NCBI GenBank assembly: GCA_964035545.1
Contig: OZ037769.1
Location: 15,344,633 to 15,408,632, forward strand
Source: Bugula neritina
Taxonomy: Eukaryota; Animalia; Bryozoa
DNA length: 64,000 nucleotides
Reading direction: 5' to 3'
A program made the translations under genes and the position numbers. Below, in pieces: positions 25,301 through 36,621 of this stretch; position 1 is the first letter of the stretch; every line of letters begins with the position of its first letter. The notes below the pieces were generated by a model. The model was not told where the DNA came from and made no database searches. It saw nothing but the letters and a program-made list of their open reading frames with translations.

Positions 25301-28300
25301 CATGATTGTAGTAACACAAGTAAAATCCTCATAATGTTTGACTGCTCCTAATTTCTAGACAGCTGTCCATGACCACACTTGGAGGGCTACTCCAAAGTCT
25401 AGCAGCTTCCCCAAGCTAGAAAAGCACCACAACATCCTGTCCACCAAGCTCACAGAAGCTGCGTACGACAGCGTTTCTGGCAAGACCACCAAGAATGGAG
25501 TCACTCTGGACATGTGCATTCAATCAGGTCAGTTTTATAGAGAGCAGCCGTTGTCTAGGGGTTAGAGCGCTGGTTTAGTAAACATGAAAGTCATCGATTC
25601 AATACCCATTACAGGCTATTAGTGATGTTAGGATACATATAAAACATAAGTTCTTAGTTTGCTTCAAAAACCTTTCCTTATTAGGGGTCTTTTACAGGAA
25701 TAGTAACTATAAACTTGCGTGAGTGAATTTAGTTCTATACGCAGTTCTCAAAATGGAAAAACTAAACCAAGAGACAGGAATTTTATATAAGACCTAATAA
25801 AGAAGGGCGAGGCATATTTGTAGCTCATGTTTATTTGCATGCAGGTTGTGACAACATGGGTGAAGAGGGCAAGGTAGACGCTGGTATCTTAGCCGGTGAT
25901 GAAGAATCTTATACTGAGTTCGCCGACATCTTTGATCCAATCATCTCGGAGCTGCACAGTGAATACGCAAAGGTATACATTGCATCGAGCATTTGTGACT
26001 TGTATAGCAATGAAAGAATAGAGATTGTTTATAATTTCTTTATCAAGTGTTGGTATCAGATTTAATGCTAGTAGCAAGGTATTAGTGCTGGTAGATTATA
26101 CAATTTATCGATATGTATTTTTCAATTATAGGGCACTCACCAAGAATATCCTCCTAATTAACAGCTACTAGTTATATTCAGCAGCACAACTCACATGCTA
26201 TTGACTAATTTTTGTCTTCGACGGTTTTAAACATTTGCCTACTCTGTACAGAATAATTCAACACGTAAAAATGTTGATTTTGCTAACTTTAAGTTTTTGG
26301 ATTTTCGTTTGAATTTCAGGCTCAAAATACGATAACTTTAGTTTGAGGGCAGATAACTCTAGTTTGAGGGCAGATAACTCTAGTTTAGGGGCAGATAACT
26401 TCCGCAGCCAAAGGCTTTGGGCTTCTAGTTATAGGTAGCATTGCTTTATTTTAGGGTGGCAAGCAGACCTGCGATATGGATGCCTCTAAACTCGCCAACT
26501 GTGAGCTCGATGGTGACTACGCAGTTGGGTGCAGAATCAGTGTCTCCAGAAACATCGCAGGGTTCAGACTGACGCCCTGTATAGACAGGTGTGAGAGGAG
26601 AATGGTTCAGAAGGCTATAGTAGACGCAGCCATGGCAATGGATAGCAAGGTATGGTGTCTTGCAGTATATTTATATAAAGCATTATATTACTCTGTTTTA
26701 TAACTATTATTAATACATTATTTGTTTATATTTCTATCTGCTTTCATATGCAATTAAATAAGGTTTAAGTTATATTCAGTCAACTGTATCTTCATTCAAC
26801 TTTATGCATTACTTTATTGTAATTATTATATAACATAATATGTTGCAATATTTGTGATATATTTGTAATATTTGCAATATTTTGTAATATAATATAATAT
26901 AATACGACACATTAAAATATATTGCAACATAATATAGGCTTCCATATATATACAAATGCTGCATGACTAAGCCTAGGGCCACACGGTGCGTATTTTCGCA
27001 TGCGAAAATTGAAATCACAAGTAGCAAAGGTGTCCACTGTGCGCGTTGAGAAAACGTTCGCACTTGCGTTGAAAATGCTGAGCGACAAGTGCGAATTGTC
27101 TCTGTCATCGTCACCTAATTGGCTGGTAGCTGTTCAGCGAGCCCAATTTCTTTATTTAGTGCTACATTCCAGCAAATTGCGTTCTATTGAAAGCGAGTGC
27201 GATTTAAAAATGAAAGCTTTATTTATCACGCATCACTGACGCTACAGTCGACACCTTTGCTACTTGTGATTTCAATTTTCGCATGCGAAAATACGCACCG
27301 TGTGGCCCAAGGCTAACTTTCAGAGGTTAAAGGTCAGTAAGAAAAGGCAACTCTGAATAGTAGTAATTATATTTATTAACTTTGTTCCATATTATATTAT
27401 ATTGTAATATATTTTAATGTGTTGTATTGTATTATATTATGTTATATTATATTATATTACAAAATATTGCATAATATTACAATGCATTATATTGTATCAT
27501 ATTATACTAAATTATATTATAATATATTATGTTATGTTATAGATTATTGTAATGTAGTTCACTCTATTCTAATATATTTATATACAATGTTATATAAATT
27601 AACATAGCAAAGTATGTGCATAGTAAAAGCTATATTCTATATTTTCTGCTATAAAAATGTAAATTTTGTTATTAATGGAAATTTTTATTTCAACTTTTAG
27701 AAAAAAAATTAGCGTGATATTTTTATATCAGCATTTTTATTTACTCTATTGCAAATAGCGCACTGCAGAAATTCAATGTAAGCTGAGATCTTACTATTAG
27801 TGCTTTTCTTGTAGGGCAAGTACACTACAGTACACGGTATGAGTGAAGAACAGAAGGCTCAGCCTATCATGTTTAGCAATATTGCTGACGTCTCTCTCAA
27901 ATGTGGCGGTGAGTAACTTTATCTACTCTACTCTACTTGTTGCTGATAATGTAAGCTTTCCATTTATAAGTCTGATTTTATCTCAACCATCTGGTGTCTC
28001 CAGGTGTGGACAGAGACTGGCCAGATGCGAGAGGAGTCTTCTGCTCTGGTGGAACCGACTTTGTCGTGTGGGTCAATGAAGAAGATCACTGTCACGCCTT
28101 TACGATGCAAGAGAGTGGAAACTTGAAGGCTGTAAGTATCTCCGTGAGGTCACTGGTCTTGTCCTTTTCTCAAACAGAATGTTATGTCTTTAGAGCACCA
28201 ATCCTATTAGCTCTTGTCAAAGATTGGTTGTGTAAAATAATTGCCCCCACTGGGATTCGAACCTGAGTCATCCGGCTTGCAAGCAGGCGCGTTAACCATT

Positions 28301-29784
28301 ACACCACCAAGACTCAACACTACAGTTTGAATAATTTCTTGGTAATGAATATTTACTCAGGTCTAATCTTTGTTACTCTGACTATATATTGTTAATATTC
28401 TGTAGGTTTTTGAAAAGTTCTGTGGCAATCTGCAAAAGCTCGAAGCTGGAATAAAGAAGAGTGGAAAGGGATTCATGCACAGTGACAAGCTAGGTTACAT
28501 CACTGCTAGCCCAGATAAACTCGGAACTTGTCTTAAAGTCGGGGTTCGAGCTAAATTACCCAAAGTATCTGCACATGACAAATTTGCCGATGTAAGTGTT
28601 TGCATAGCATTGGCAGCATTTTTGTAGTTTCGTATGACTTTTCTATAGCAGCTGGTAATTAGAACATTTTGATGTATTTCCTGTCTGTTTACTGCTCCCC
28701 AAGTGTAAGACACATAATACCGACTTTGTAATTTAATTGTTTATATAAAATTAATTGAAAATCTCATGAAAATGCCAATGCACTTGCTAACATAGGATGA
28801 AGCCCATGCTCAATTTCTTTAAAAGGATTCTATTGTGAGTTATTCAACTAACCAGTAGCTCTGCAGAGTCTTAGGCAAGTTTTTGGGTTTTAGATTACAT
28901 TGCGTTTTGTTTGAATGACTTTTGTACTGCCGCGTGAATTATTTTGGCCAAGTTTGTTCTGAACTTCATCAACTAAAATAGCTACACAACAAGATATGAC
29001 CATGACATATGAGATCACATGACATGATGTGACATGACATAACGTGATGTGATATGAAAAGTTCATCTACTGCTTGCAGAGTTAATTTTGGACTATTTTA
29101 CAGATTCTGGCAGCTCTGAGTCTAAACCTAGTAGCCAACAATGAAGGAGTCTGTGATGTAGCAAGCAAGAGCACCTTTGGCTGCTCAGAGGTAAAGTTCT
29201 TATAAAGTTCTTTTAATTAGGAATTTCTTTTAAAGTTATTTCTAACCTGAAAATAATACTTACCAAGACGCTCACACATACTATTTAGCTATCAGACAAA
29301 GAAGTACGACTACTGTAATCTATATTCTTGGTGCTTTTGTAACTGATTTCAATGGTTTCACATGAAAAAGCTTAATACAGCTTTAGCTTAGGATTGTGTC
29401 TGCATAACTTCGGTTCTATCATTTTCAAGTTGATCCGTATTCTGTAAACTTGTCACTTATTTCAAGTAGAGAATAGTCTATACAGCAATCTGATTAGATT
29501 TCATCTTCATGCAGGTTGAATTAGTTCAACACGTTGGAGATTGCATCAGTCATCTAATCAAGATGGAGAAAGCACTATCAGCCGGAGAGAGTGTAGATGA
29601 GCTGGCAGCGCAAGCTTTGTCTGGCGACGTCAAACCTAAAGAGGCTCCAAAAGAGGAGCCGAAAGAGGAAGCACCAGCAGCAGAAAAACCAGCCGACGAG
29701 GAACCAAAGGCAGAAGCAGCAGCTGAAAAACCAGCTGAGGAAGAGCCGAAGGCGGAGGGCAGTGAAGAGCCTAAAACAGAGTAA
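19306..29784 (+). CDS. PK1: two-domain phosphagen (ATP:guanido) kinase, creatine-kinase branch, with N-terminal MGCGGS acylation motif and acidic C-terminal tail, ~821 aa
   Basis: Exons: 19306-19375, 20488-20497, 22268-22425, 22966-23135, 23672-23791, 24098-24203, 24319-24446, 24580-24758, 24915-25102, 25192-25271, 25359-25527, 25845-25972, 26455-26649, 27815-27908, 28004-28131, 28406-28591, 29104-29190, 29515-29784. Total 2466 nt, all GT-AG, phases consistent. D1 motifs: [55 protein letters not shown]. Confidence 0.92.
20488..20497 (+). CDS. 10-nt microexon of PK1 (CTGATGGAAA)
   Basis: Context TTTTTTGTAG|CTGATGGAAA|GTAAGT. Converts the phase-1 end of exon 1 into the phase 2 required by the exon at 22268. 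Confidence 0.75.
23421..23490. repeat. Perfect 33-bp inverted repeat with a 4-nt loop (70-nt hairpin) in a PK1 intron
   Basis: TAACTTTCCATTATGTAACTTTTAGTCAGTGAG-TAAG-CTCACTGACTAAAAGTTACATAATGGAAAGTTA. Confidence 0.95.
25543..25616 (+). mobile_element. Degenerate tRNA-like SINE head
   Basis: A-box-like TTGTCTAGGGG and B-box-like GATTCAATACC at tRNA-like spacing; no intact cloverleaf. Confidence 0.35.
26332..26400. repeat. 21-bp tandem repeat (GATAACTCTAGTTTGAGGGCA), ~3.5 copies
   Basis: Directly visible. Confidence 0.85.
26971..27313. mobile_element. PIF/Harbinger-type MITE, ~343 bp, TAA target-site duplication
   Basis: TAA|GCCTAGGGCCACACGGTGCGTATTTTCGCATGCGAAAATTGAAATCACAAGTAGCAAAGGTGTC...GACACCTTTGCTACTTGTGATTTCAATTTTCGCATGCGAAAATACGCACCGTGTGGCCCAAGGC|TAA; TIRs over 60 bp and nearly perfect. 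Confidence 0.88.
28242..28313 (-). pseudogene. tRNA-derived SINE head or tRNA pseudogene
   Basis: Minus strand GTCTTGGTGGTGTAATGGTTAACGCGCCTGCTTGCAAGCCGGATGACTCAGGTTCGAATCCCAGTGGGGGCA. Clear A box (TGGTGTAATGG) and B box (GGTTCGAATCC), but imperfect acceptor and anticodon stems. Confidence 0.6.
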
Positions 29785-29965
29785 CTCTGACTATACAGGT
29801 TAGTAAATGTCCCGTGAGTGACTGTGACTATACAGGTTAGTAAGTGTTACTATGACTAACTGTGACTATACAGGTTAGTAAGTGTCACTGTGAGTCTAAC
29901 TGTGAGTAGCTCTGACTAGAAAAATAATTGCAACTGTTAGTAGCTGTGACTATGCAGGTTAGTAT
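29785..29965. repeat. Degenerate repeat (TGACTATACAGGTTAGTAA) after the PK1 stop, reiterating a probable 3'UTR splice donor
   Basis: Four CAG|GTTAGT copies; candidate acceptor TTTTATTTACAG ending at 30112 and AATAAA at 30142. Confidence 0.6.
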
Positions 29966-30269
29966 ACAGTGAGTACAACTGTGAGATAGACAGTATTTGG
30001 GTAAACAACTTCCTTTCAGTCATTTTAAAGTTTAAGTATGACATTATGAGTTGTCTACCCTACTTAGCACACTTGCACTGCATATTTGAGAGATATCGCA
30101 TTTTATTTACAGATTTCAAGATAAAAGAGATAAAAACATTTAATAAAGACTCCATTTCTCGGACCAAGTAGAACGCTGCTATGTTCTCTCACTTCTGCCG
30201 AGTAGAAGCGGATGTTTCGTTTTAGTTGTGTTTGTGAGTGCTGGTCAAATGTCATCTTCCATTTTGTTT

Positions 30270-30305
<36 letters not shown>

Positions 30306-32475
30306 AGAACCCAAAATTTAATTAATTTTAGCTCAAATTGCTCAAAGTTATCTTATAAAAATATACCATTAATAATATTAGTTTTGACAACGGTTTAATA
30401 ACTGTAAAATTTTAAAATTTTGTGTAAAACTATTTAGCAAAAGGTTTTTGACAAGAAACTACCAAAGAAGATTGCAGAGCTAACTTTTTAAACATGCAAA
30501 AGATGGTGTTGTGTATTTAAGGTTTTTATTAATTATATATATATATATTATTTTTATCTTATGCTAAGTATTATAATTATTATATAATTAATAAATTTTA
30601 TCAAGTATCATTTTACTATGTAAACGCCTTATGTTGTTGAAGCTAGAATAATTTGTTGATCGGCCAGATTTCAACATGGCCGACATTTGCTGCATACTTC
30701 TCCTCAAACCTTTTCACTCTCCCATTCGCCCTCAGTATAAATGATAAAACTCTTACAATAGCTCTTGCATCTCCAAAGGCACGATATTGTGATGTAGATA
30801 TGAATGTTCATTTAGAAATTTCCAGATTCTAGAACATAACAGTTTGAATAGCATAAAACAAGCAAAACTATGATATTCTCAAATCTAGCAGAGGGTATAG
30901 AGAAGATAACTCTTATATTGTGATTCACAAAATATGCATCAACTTTTATGTAAAAAAACAGGACACATAACTTGTAGAATAGGTCTATGCAAGCCGTTAG
31001 GAAAAATCCTATGAAACTATCAGATTTATTATGAATTTTATATATTCTACATTTCAGCCTATAACCAATAAAATTTAAAAATCAAAAAGATATTTTGAGA
31101 AACAATTATTAAAAAAACTGGGTACTCTTTCCAGGTAAATCAAGAATAAAAACAAGTAAATTAAAGCTGATAAGATGAAGCCAGCAAAATATGTTTTAAT
31201 TTAAGCATTTATACTATGAAAGCTATAGTAGTCATATATACATAATAAGTCAAATAGTACAAAGCAATAATTTGGGTATATATTGTAATGTTGTATACGT
31301 ACTATGTATGTAGCCAAGTACACATATACCTATTTGTTACGCACAGAAACATTTCAAAACTATCTGCTCAATGTTGCGCAAGAGCATGCAAAAATGTCAT
31401 GTATAATAATATTATATCTTTATTCTGCGTTCGATGTCTTTACAGTAAATGCTACCTCAAAACACTAGTGCGACATTTGCATGTGTTCTAAAATTTGGAA
31501 AAATTCATTTTTCCACTAAGGTCCTGTATACTACAGTACCAAGTCTACAATTCACAAAATAGACCAGTCGAGAAAGGATAAAAAGAAGCTAGCATGGAGA
31601 AGATTACATCATCTATTTTCATGTAGGCTTAACTAAAGTTATGTAACTAAAGCTCATTCTATTGGAACTCTCACAAAACACTTGATCATCACATGTTGTC
31701 TAAAATTAGATTCATGGTTTTTTTATCCTGTGTCACGTAGTTTTCAACAGACAATAAATATTTACTCTCTATCAAACATTCTATTTATTCACTCCACCGC
31801 CTCCTGTTTTGTGTGTCTCTATAACAACACAGAGAGTTAGTGGAAACTCCACAGTGTTGTGTTTAGCCTTCAGCTAAGTTATGGATGATATTTGACCTTG
31901 ACTCCCCCAGGTGGCCTTGAGGGTTTGCTAACTAAAACTTATAATATGATAGCAAAGCCATACTTCGGGTATTGTATTTAAAAGCATGATTGAAATAAAA
32001 CAGATTCTATTGAAATGTTTCAAATGTTACAAAAAGGAGTCTTTGTGTTCCCCTGAGATTTGTTGGTGTTATGGTACATGCAATACTTATGCTGCTAATG
32101 AACACAGTATTTGGGAGAATTCGGATAGCTGGGGGGCCGGCGAGTTTCCGTGTACTATATACTGTAATATAGTATATCTTATATTGTATGTAGCATATTA
32201 GATATTAGATATTTTGAAAACTGTCTAATTTACATCAGCATGTATTTTTGTATAATTTGCTGTAATATTTTATGTTGCAAGTGACAAAGAAGGAATTACA
32301 AGCCAAGTGAAAACTGTATATAAATTTAGTAGTTGTGCTCTCTATTTATAACATGAAATTTGCAGACACTCAGATAATGTTTATTTTCAAATACAAAGCA
32401 AAGCATTTCCAGGAATTTCAAAGTTAATCACGATTAACTTTTAATGCTATCAAATTATAAATACCACATTGAATA

Positions 32476-32490
32476 CATATATAATATATA

Positions 32491-32576
<86 letters not shown>

Positions 32577-32577
32577 C

Positions 32578-32645
<68 letters not shown>
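32476..32645. repeat. (AT)n microsatellite
   Basis: Directly visible. Confidence 0.97.
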
Positions 32646-32649
<4 letters not shown>

Positions 32650-35600
32650 CTGTTATACATAGCACCATATATACAATATATAATGCTTATATATATAATA
32701 TAATATATTATAATTCGTTATTACTGTTATAGTATATAATTTATAAAGCAATTTAGTATATGCATAGTATGCAAAAACATCTACACTATATAATGCATAA
32801 TCCGATGCCTATTATGGGATATGTATAATACAAAATACATTTACAGAACTCAACTAAATTGTAGTAAACTTCTTTATAGGCATATAGTTGAAAGTTGAGA
32901 AACAATAATAGTGCAATGGCAAGGCCTATAAATAATCAACAGCTGAGTGGCTAAAAGAAACTTTTCTCAACACTTTGGCTGCCGACCAACTTGGAATTGT
33001 CTGAATAAATGAAAGTTGTTTTCCTTAGCGCAACTGCTGCCAGCATAATTTATTTTTATGACACTCCCTATATAACACTAAAAATAGGCATTTACCTGCT
33101 GAAGCTGCTGTGGTCTTACGTAGCAAAATATTCTATGCTTCAGAGAATTACACTCAAAATATAATTGTTATTTGCTGACTTTTTAGACTAACTAAAGTGT
33201 ACAGGCACAGTTCACATAGCCTCAGTGTTATCACAGTACACACTGCCAAATATGGAGTTATTTACACTGTCAATCACTGCTTCCCATAATACTTTGACAT
33301 TTGCATTTGATGCACTGGACAGTGTCAATCTAATGAAACCATAAGTTAATGTTACCCTATAATATAGCGAACATTCCGAATAGAGTCATTCAATGTTTGG
33401 GAAGGCAGAGAATGTAGTCTGAGTTGAGTATATGTTTTAAGAGATTTGGGACTTGCCTTTGGAATGCAACCATTTTGCTCGTTCAAGTTATTTGTTACTC
33501 CTGAATCCCCCCTCCATTTACAGCAGTGTAAGTTTTAGGATAAGGGGGTTACAAGGAGGTGAATGGTGTAGAGTTCTCAGTGTGTCACACTGCTGCCGAC
33601 CAGCTGCGCTGCTGTCAACAGGCAGCAAAAAGCTGTCAGCAGCCACCCAAGAGCTGGTAAAGTTGTTAAGTTATAATGCTGTGTATAATTGGATTTCAGG
33701 AATTTATAAACTTATGTCAACCACACATAAGCTCAATCTGAGAGTTGAAGAGAAGTAAAGAAAGATGTTAATTATTTTACAAGATTACATGTAATCATCA
33801 TCAAACCACATCTGTTATATGTTACTGCAACATCTGCACTCAATATTAAATTAAAAGACAGCACAGCGTTGCTAACTGTCTTCGCATTTTCACAGATTGG
33901 ATCAACACATGGCCAAACATGCAGGCTGCCTTTATTTTCTATATCTATCACACCCCTCTCCTATCTTCTTCATTTCCCACTTTCCACTATACCCCTCCAT
34001 TATCCACTACACTCTTTTCACAACTCACTACACCCCTTCCATTATCAAACGGCTGCGTTTTGGATAAAACTTTTATTTGTGATGTTTACTTGAATATAAT
34101 ACCAATAGCGCTCTGAAAATTTTAAGAACTTTACAGCACCCATATTTTGACAATTTTGCTTTAGCATGATATTATTATATATAATTTACTAGAGAGGCAA
34201 GTGTCTGTCAGTGTTGACAATGCATAGCATCTTCAGTGCTGGTGTCTTGCCCTAGCCGTGTAACATAGTATTAAATTATGGCAAGAAGACTTTAGCAAGA
34301 AAGTATTTGTATAGTATGGGCAGTTCAAGGGACCATCCTCACACCCTAAAGTGTTAAACTTGCAAACACTTAGCCTAAGCCCTAAATATTCTTATCCCTA
34401 AGCTTTCTTCCAGCAATATAAAACTTGTTTAACCTTTCTTATCAACTGAGGCTACCATAAAATAGTAATTAATTGCCCACAATAGCATAGGTATGCTAAC
34501 ATCACCTTTAGTGGTTAGTGATAGTCATTATTATAGCATTTTAGGAGTAATTAAAGTGATGCCAACGCGTGAGCATCACGCTGCTGCTGCTGCACTCACG
34601 TGCCAGCATTAAAGGTCAAGGTGACAATTACTAGCTGTTAGGATACAGGAGTGCAAGCGTTTAGAGGGGGTTTAAAATTACACAGTGTTTTAGATGTACT
34701 GCAGTATAGAAAGGCTAATTGGTGAGGAATTAGCAAAGTAGCCCTGTCTGATTCATCCAAACTTACAGCCAAAATTTATAAAAAAACAAACAAAATTTCT
34801 GCACAAAAGGGGAAGTTTATGAGAATGCAATGAAAATTTATAATATTATAAACATGTAGTTGCATTTTGCAAATATTCGCAGCTGAAAAGCTTTAGCTAA
34901 AATGTTGACTGTCTCAGCGCCATTTGCTTGCAGTTGAAAACAGACAGTGTGTAGATTCTAAGACTACGTCTTCCTCAGTGACTGACCGTAAAGGCGATGT
35001 GTATACCATATGGTTCTCATTCTAATAGTGGTTGAGGGGGAGCATAAACATGCCTGTGTCACCACTTTAGTATAGCTTAGGTTACATTATACTAGTATTT
35101 ATTAGCTAAGTTGCTGTATTTCTTTCTACGGTCAACAAAAGTTGCCTCATTATTGCAAATCATATTGTGTGATTCTGTCAACAAACCATTCATTCTATTC
35201 AGGTCATGCTTCTGTCCACTGCAGTGTGTTCTTACGAAAGTATGTTGAAATGTTATCTGCTAGGCACCAATGAACTGCTTATCTGGGGTACCAATATATG
35301 CAGCGGAGAGTTTGGAGTCACTGAGGGCAGTAGCTATATTTATATTATTCATCTTGTTGCCAGAATCATCAAAGTAGAAGATAGTATATTATTATATGCA
35401 TTTAAATTTGGTGGTATCAGCTCCAAATTTCTATCTTTTAACTTAAAATCTCAGACGATGGTGTGCGTACCAACACTGTTTTAGTGACTTCAACCTTTGT
35501 GCTGCATCTAGTGATCTTTGTACATTGACCAAATTTCGTCACGGTTGACTTAGCGGTTAGTATGAATCATGGCGAAAAGCCGGCAATGTTCAAGATAATG

Positions 35601-36621
35601 CAAGTCAATGTTCTACATAACAGATAACACCATTGCATATACATAACATCATATCAGAAGATGGCCTTTGCATTCTGTTGACCATTGGGTATCTAAAGTA
35701 ATTTATTATTGTAGTACATAAAACACAGCAAGTTTTGAAGTTAAAAAGAATTCCTTGCTTATACCTGCTTTTGGTAGTTTCAAAAAAGTCCATTTGTATT
35801 GGGTATATTAGTTTTTAGCACCTATTGTCAGAAGAGAAAGCACCTAAAATAATTGATTATTGGCTATTCCTATTGTAATAGATGAATAGCGCTGTTTAAA
35901 TGACTGTAGTGGTGGGATTAGATTTGAATATTTGCAGGGGAGGCTAAAGAGTTCCTCCCACAAAAGGTTTATAATTGTTTTTATTTTAATATTATTTAAT
36001 TATTTATTTAATAATATTATTATTATATATCTTCATTCCTAATTACTTAGGCACTTTCACAAACTAGCTCACTATTTGCAAGCTTTTTATATTTATATGG
36101 CTGTTAATAAAACATTAATTATAATCCATAAGAATTAAGATTATCATTGCAACTTTTAAGTTTTTTGACAATTAGTCAGTTATATTATATTAATTATATG
36201 TTTCTATTGATGCTATAAAGTGCTGTCTGTATATTATGTCCGTGTTACTAGAAACAAATACTACCAATATAATATTAGGAAGACTTCATTAGCATGCATA
36301 TGTCTGCAACGCATCAACAATAAATTTCTAAATCATGATTGCAGAAATGTTCCGTAACAGCGTCAAATTTTATTTTCTAGTGTTAAATGAAAAATTTTAT
36401 GACATGTTCTCTCTGCTGCACATTAATAAAAAAATATTTGTTAGGCTGGGCCCTTCTGGCTACGCTCCTGCGGGTTTTGATGATGAGTTTCGTGCACGCC
36501 GCAAATAATGCTAGCTCTGCACTCATGCTTGAATAGCTGCGGACGGACAACGCGTCTACATACAATTGGAGTTTTTCAGTACTTGACTGCTCTGTAATTC
36601 TAGATCAAATATCCAAGAATC

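Noticed and set aside
28242-28313. Functional tRNA-Ala(TGC)
   Set aside because: Acceptor and anticodon stems are mismatched and the anticodon loop is irregular; better explained as a SINE head or pseudogene. tRNAscan-SE would settle it.
25359-29784. D2 exons as a decaying pseudogene
   Set aside because: No stops or frameshifts in any visible D2 exon of the three paralogues, splice sites are intact, and the exons continue in frame from D1.
32424-32668. Poly-IY ORFs
   Set aside because: Translations of the (AT)n microsatellite.
33580-33930. Possible non-coding or alternative first exon(s) of PK2 (GC-richer patch, donor-like GTAAAG at 33657, acceptor-like CACAG near 33895)
   Set aside because: Plausible but cannot be supported without transcripts; no in-frame ATG exon with a GT donor found there.
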